This document shows, in pieces, positions 61,646 to 64,000 of a stretch of DNA of 64,000 bases. The stretch spans positions 2,848,001 through 2,912,000 of the forward strand of contig OY970166.1 in NCBI GenBank assembly GCA_963706595.1. Reading direction: 5' to 3'. The notes under the pieces were generated by a model, which was not told the DNA's origin, searched no databases, and saw nothing but the letters and a program-made list of their open reading frames with translations. Position 1 is the stretch's first letter; the number at the start of each line of letters is the position of its first letter. The position numbers and the translations under genes were made by a program. The stretch is from an uncultured cyanobacterium (GTDB taxonomy: Bacteria > Cyanobacteriota > Cyanobacteriia > Cyanobacteriales > Nostocaceae).

Positions 61646-62878
61646 ATGAATGAGTCGGTGCAGGCGTTACCATTATTGGTGTTACTGGTGGGAATGGCGA
61701 TCGCGATCGCTATTCTGATTAAATCTGGTTTAGAGCGCATTGGTGTTCCGGCTCTGGTTGGCTATTTAGTCCTGGGATTTGTCCTGCGCCTGATTGATCA
61801 TCAATGGGATATCCTTTCCCCAGAGGGAGCAGAAGTTTTTCAGTTCTTGGCACAGTTGGGAATTATCGCTTTACTATTCCGGGTGGGATTAGAAAGTGAC
61901 TTGGCTGGACTAATGCGCCAGCTTTCCCGCGCCAGCATCATCTTAGCTGGTGATGTGTTACTGAGCGGCGGATTGGCTTTTGTGGTTTCCTACTGGTGGC
62001 TGCAACTGGGGCTAATTTCCAGTTTGTTTGTCAGTACTGCCATGACTGCTACCAGTGTAGGGGTAGCCGTTGGGGTTTGGCAGGAAGTGGACGCGACAGA
62101 TTCGCCCAACGGTCAGTTACTGCTGGATGTGGCGGAAATGGATGATATTTCTGGTGTGATTTTGATGGCCTTGCTGTTTGCGCTCGCACCTACATTAAAA
62201 GACAGTGTGGATGCTTCTATTGTCGCCATTCTCGCTCAAACCGCCGGAAGTTTCTTTTTAAAATCTATCTTATTCGCTACCTTTTGTTACGTATTTTCGC
62301 GTAACTTTGAGGCAGCAGTTACAGGTTTTGTCAGGAGGATTGAAAAACCCCCAGATCCGATGTTGACTGTGGCCAGCATTGGATTTATCATTGCGGCGAT
62401 CGCTGGTTTATTAGGATTTTCAGTAGCCATCGGAGCCTTTTTTGCGGGACTCGTGTTCAGCCGTGATCCAGAAGCTGTCAAATTAGATACTTCTTTCACC
62501 ACACTTTATGAATTTTTCGTCCCGTTTTTCTTTATTGGAATTGGGTTGCAAATTGAGCCTAATGCCTTAACAACGGTTTTGGGTTTGGGGGGTGCTTTGT
62601 TGATTGTAGCCGTATTGGGTAAAATTCTTGGTGCTGGTGTACCTGCGATATTTATGACCGGATGGGTTGGAGGGATATTACTGGGTGTCAGCTTGGTTCC
62701 CAGAGCCGAAATCACCTTAATTATCATGCAACGAGGGCTGTCATTGGGGAATTGGGCAATTTCTCCACAGGTATTTGCTGCTATGGTTGTCGTATCTGCT
62801 GTGACTAGTATCGTCACTCCCTTAATTCTGCACCGAATGCTGGTGCAGTGGCCGCAAACACAAGAAGAATCATCATGA
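61646..62878 (+). CDS. Cation:proton antiporter (CPA2)
   Basis: LLFRVGLES, ATSVG, AEMDDI, GAFFAG, VPRAE. Confidence 0.88.
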   Translation: MNESVQALPLLVLLVGMAIAIAILIKSGLERIGVPALVGYLVLGFVLRLIDHQWDILSPEGAEVFQFLAQLGIIALLFRVGLESDLAGLMRQLSRASIILAGDVLLSGGLAFVVSYWWLQLGLISSLFVSTAMTATSVGVAVGVWQEVDATDSPNGQLLLDVAEMDDISGVILMALLFALAPTLKDSVDASIVAILAQTAGSFFLKSILFATFCYVFSRNFEAAVTGFVRRIEKPPDPMLTVASIGFIIAAIAGLLGFSVAIGAFFAGLVFSRDPEAVKLDTSFTTLYEFFVPFFFIGIGLQIEPNALTTVLGLGGALLIVAVLGKILGAGVPAIFMTGWVGGILLGVSLVPRAEITLIIMQRGLSLGNWAISPQVFAAMVVVSAVTSIVTPLILHRMLVQWPQTQEESS

Positions 62879-63131
62879 ACAGCATTTGCATCCATTCATA
62901 GCCTTACTCATGGGCATAATTAACGCTAAAGGTACTTTGTAATGGGTTGATAGCTTTGGATTAAACAAAATTAGCAATTAAGTTACAAAAGTTGCAGAAT
63001 TAAAATATCTAGTTAAGGATCTGGGTACTGAGGACTGGTAGGCAGGAAATAATATAAATGGTTCCTAATCCTTAATCCCTAATTTCCAATCCCTAGTCAA
63101 ATAAAGCAATGCAGTAAGGAGTAACCAAAAA

Positions 63132-63860
63132 ATGCTGGCATATATTCTAGCTTTTGTGGTCGGACTGGGTAGTTTAGCCATTTACATAGCAGCTTTCTTT
63201 TTTCCGGAAATCCACCGTAAGAATGATTTTATTTGGAGTGGTGTCGGACTTTTCTATGCCTTAGTCTTATGGGTCTTTGCGCCCCGCATTACTGGAGGGC
63301 TATTACTTGGTCATCTGGCTAGCGTCGCTCTTTTGATTTGGTTTGGCTGGCAAACTCTTTCATTACGTCGCCAACTTACCCCGCAAACAGAACAAACCCC
63401 AGTACCCAGTCCTGAGACTGTAAAAACTGGCATCCAGGAGCAAATGAATAAGTTGTCTCTCCAGGAACGTTTGGGTCAGGTGCAAGGAAGTCTGGGTAAT
63501 ATCTTTAGCGGCGCTAAAAATAAGGCGCAACAGACGATAACCAAGAAAACGCCTGAAACTCCCAAAACGGATAAAACAACCTCTGTACCCGCCCAGAAAC
63601 CTGTTGTTGAGATTATTGATAGAACCACTCCCACAGCAGAAGCACCAGCAGAGGAAAAATTCGCTGTTGCTGAAACTGAATCTCAAACTGAGGAAGCAAC
63701 TCCACCAAATCCCCCACCTGCGGAAGTGCTAGCAGCAGCCCAAGCTGAGACTGAAGAAAAACCACCGATTCCGGCTGAGGAAATTGCACCGGATGCGGCA
63801 CTCGCTCCCCCAGCAGAAGCGCCATCGGCAGAAATACCACCAAATAATCAATCTGGTTGA
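63132..63860 (+). CDS. ycf66: Ycf66 family protein
   Basis: FFPEIHRKNDFIWSGVGLFYAL N-terminus; Pro/Glu-rich tail. Confidence 0.8.
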   Translation: MLAYILAFVVGLGSLAIYIAAFFFPEIHRKNDFIWSGVGLFYALVLWVFAPRITGGLLLGHLASVALLIWFGWQTLSLRRQLTPQTEQTPVPSPETVKTGIQEQMNKLSLQERLGQVQGSLGNIFSGAKNKAQQTITKKTPETPKTDKTTSVPAQKPVVEIIDRTTPTAEAPAEEKFAVAETESQTEEATPPNPPPAEVLAAAQAETEEKPPIPAEEIAPDAALAPPAEAPSAEIPPNNQSG

Positions 63861-63868
63861 CTTGGATG

Positions 63869-63902
63869 AAACCCAGCGTTCTGTAACATGGCGTTGGGTT
63901 TT
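63869..63902 (+). terminator. Probable terminator after ycf66
   Basis: AAACCCAGCG...CGTTGGGTTTT hairpin 8 bp after the stop. Confidence 0.5.
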
Positions 63903-64000
63903 AGTCAATTTGTGGGAGTTGCTACAAACCTAAATAAGTGAACGATATGAACTTGCCTTATCAGAAGTTTTGAAGATAAAAATCAACGGTAAATAACTTA

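Overview
Chromosomal window from a heterocyst-forming cyanobacterium (Nostocales). The evidence is hetR, sepJ and patX with a TCCGGA DIF1 promoter, frequent HIP1 (GCGATCGC) sites and heptameric STRR repeats. Core content: potADB, mrdA, exbBD, chrA, msrA, pxcA, argJ, gndA, ycf66 and several transporters. Accessory or unusual content: (1) a PEP-CTERM surface protein with a 38-proline stalk, missed by the ORF track, divergent from a split HTH-NB-ARC + TPR pair; (2) an orphan UrtA-like binding protein followed by a Cache/HAMP histidine kinase; (3) a DUF2235 lipase-like / COX-like dioxygenase / catalase-like lyase cluster, a candidate complete oxylipin pathway; (4) a ~385-bp internally deleted IS607 element; (5) a GxxExxY nuclease-fold gene between related palindromic elements, one expanded into a 4 x 73-bp array; (6) a single-chain R-M-S enzyme plus a RelE/HigA pair between hetR and patX; (7) several MITEs with different ends, each carrying a central REP-like or short-repeat core. 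argJ and a CHAD gene have single-base insertions, and a Zn-dehydrogenase has a nonsense codon. No rRNA, tRNA or CRISPR array was seen. Family calls come from motif recognition only; no searches were run.
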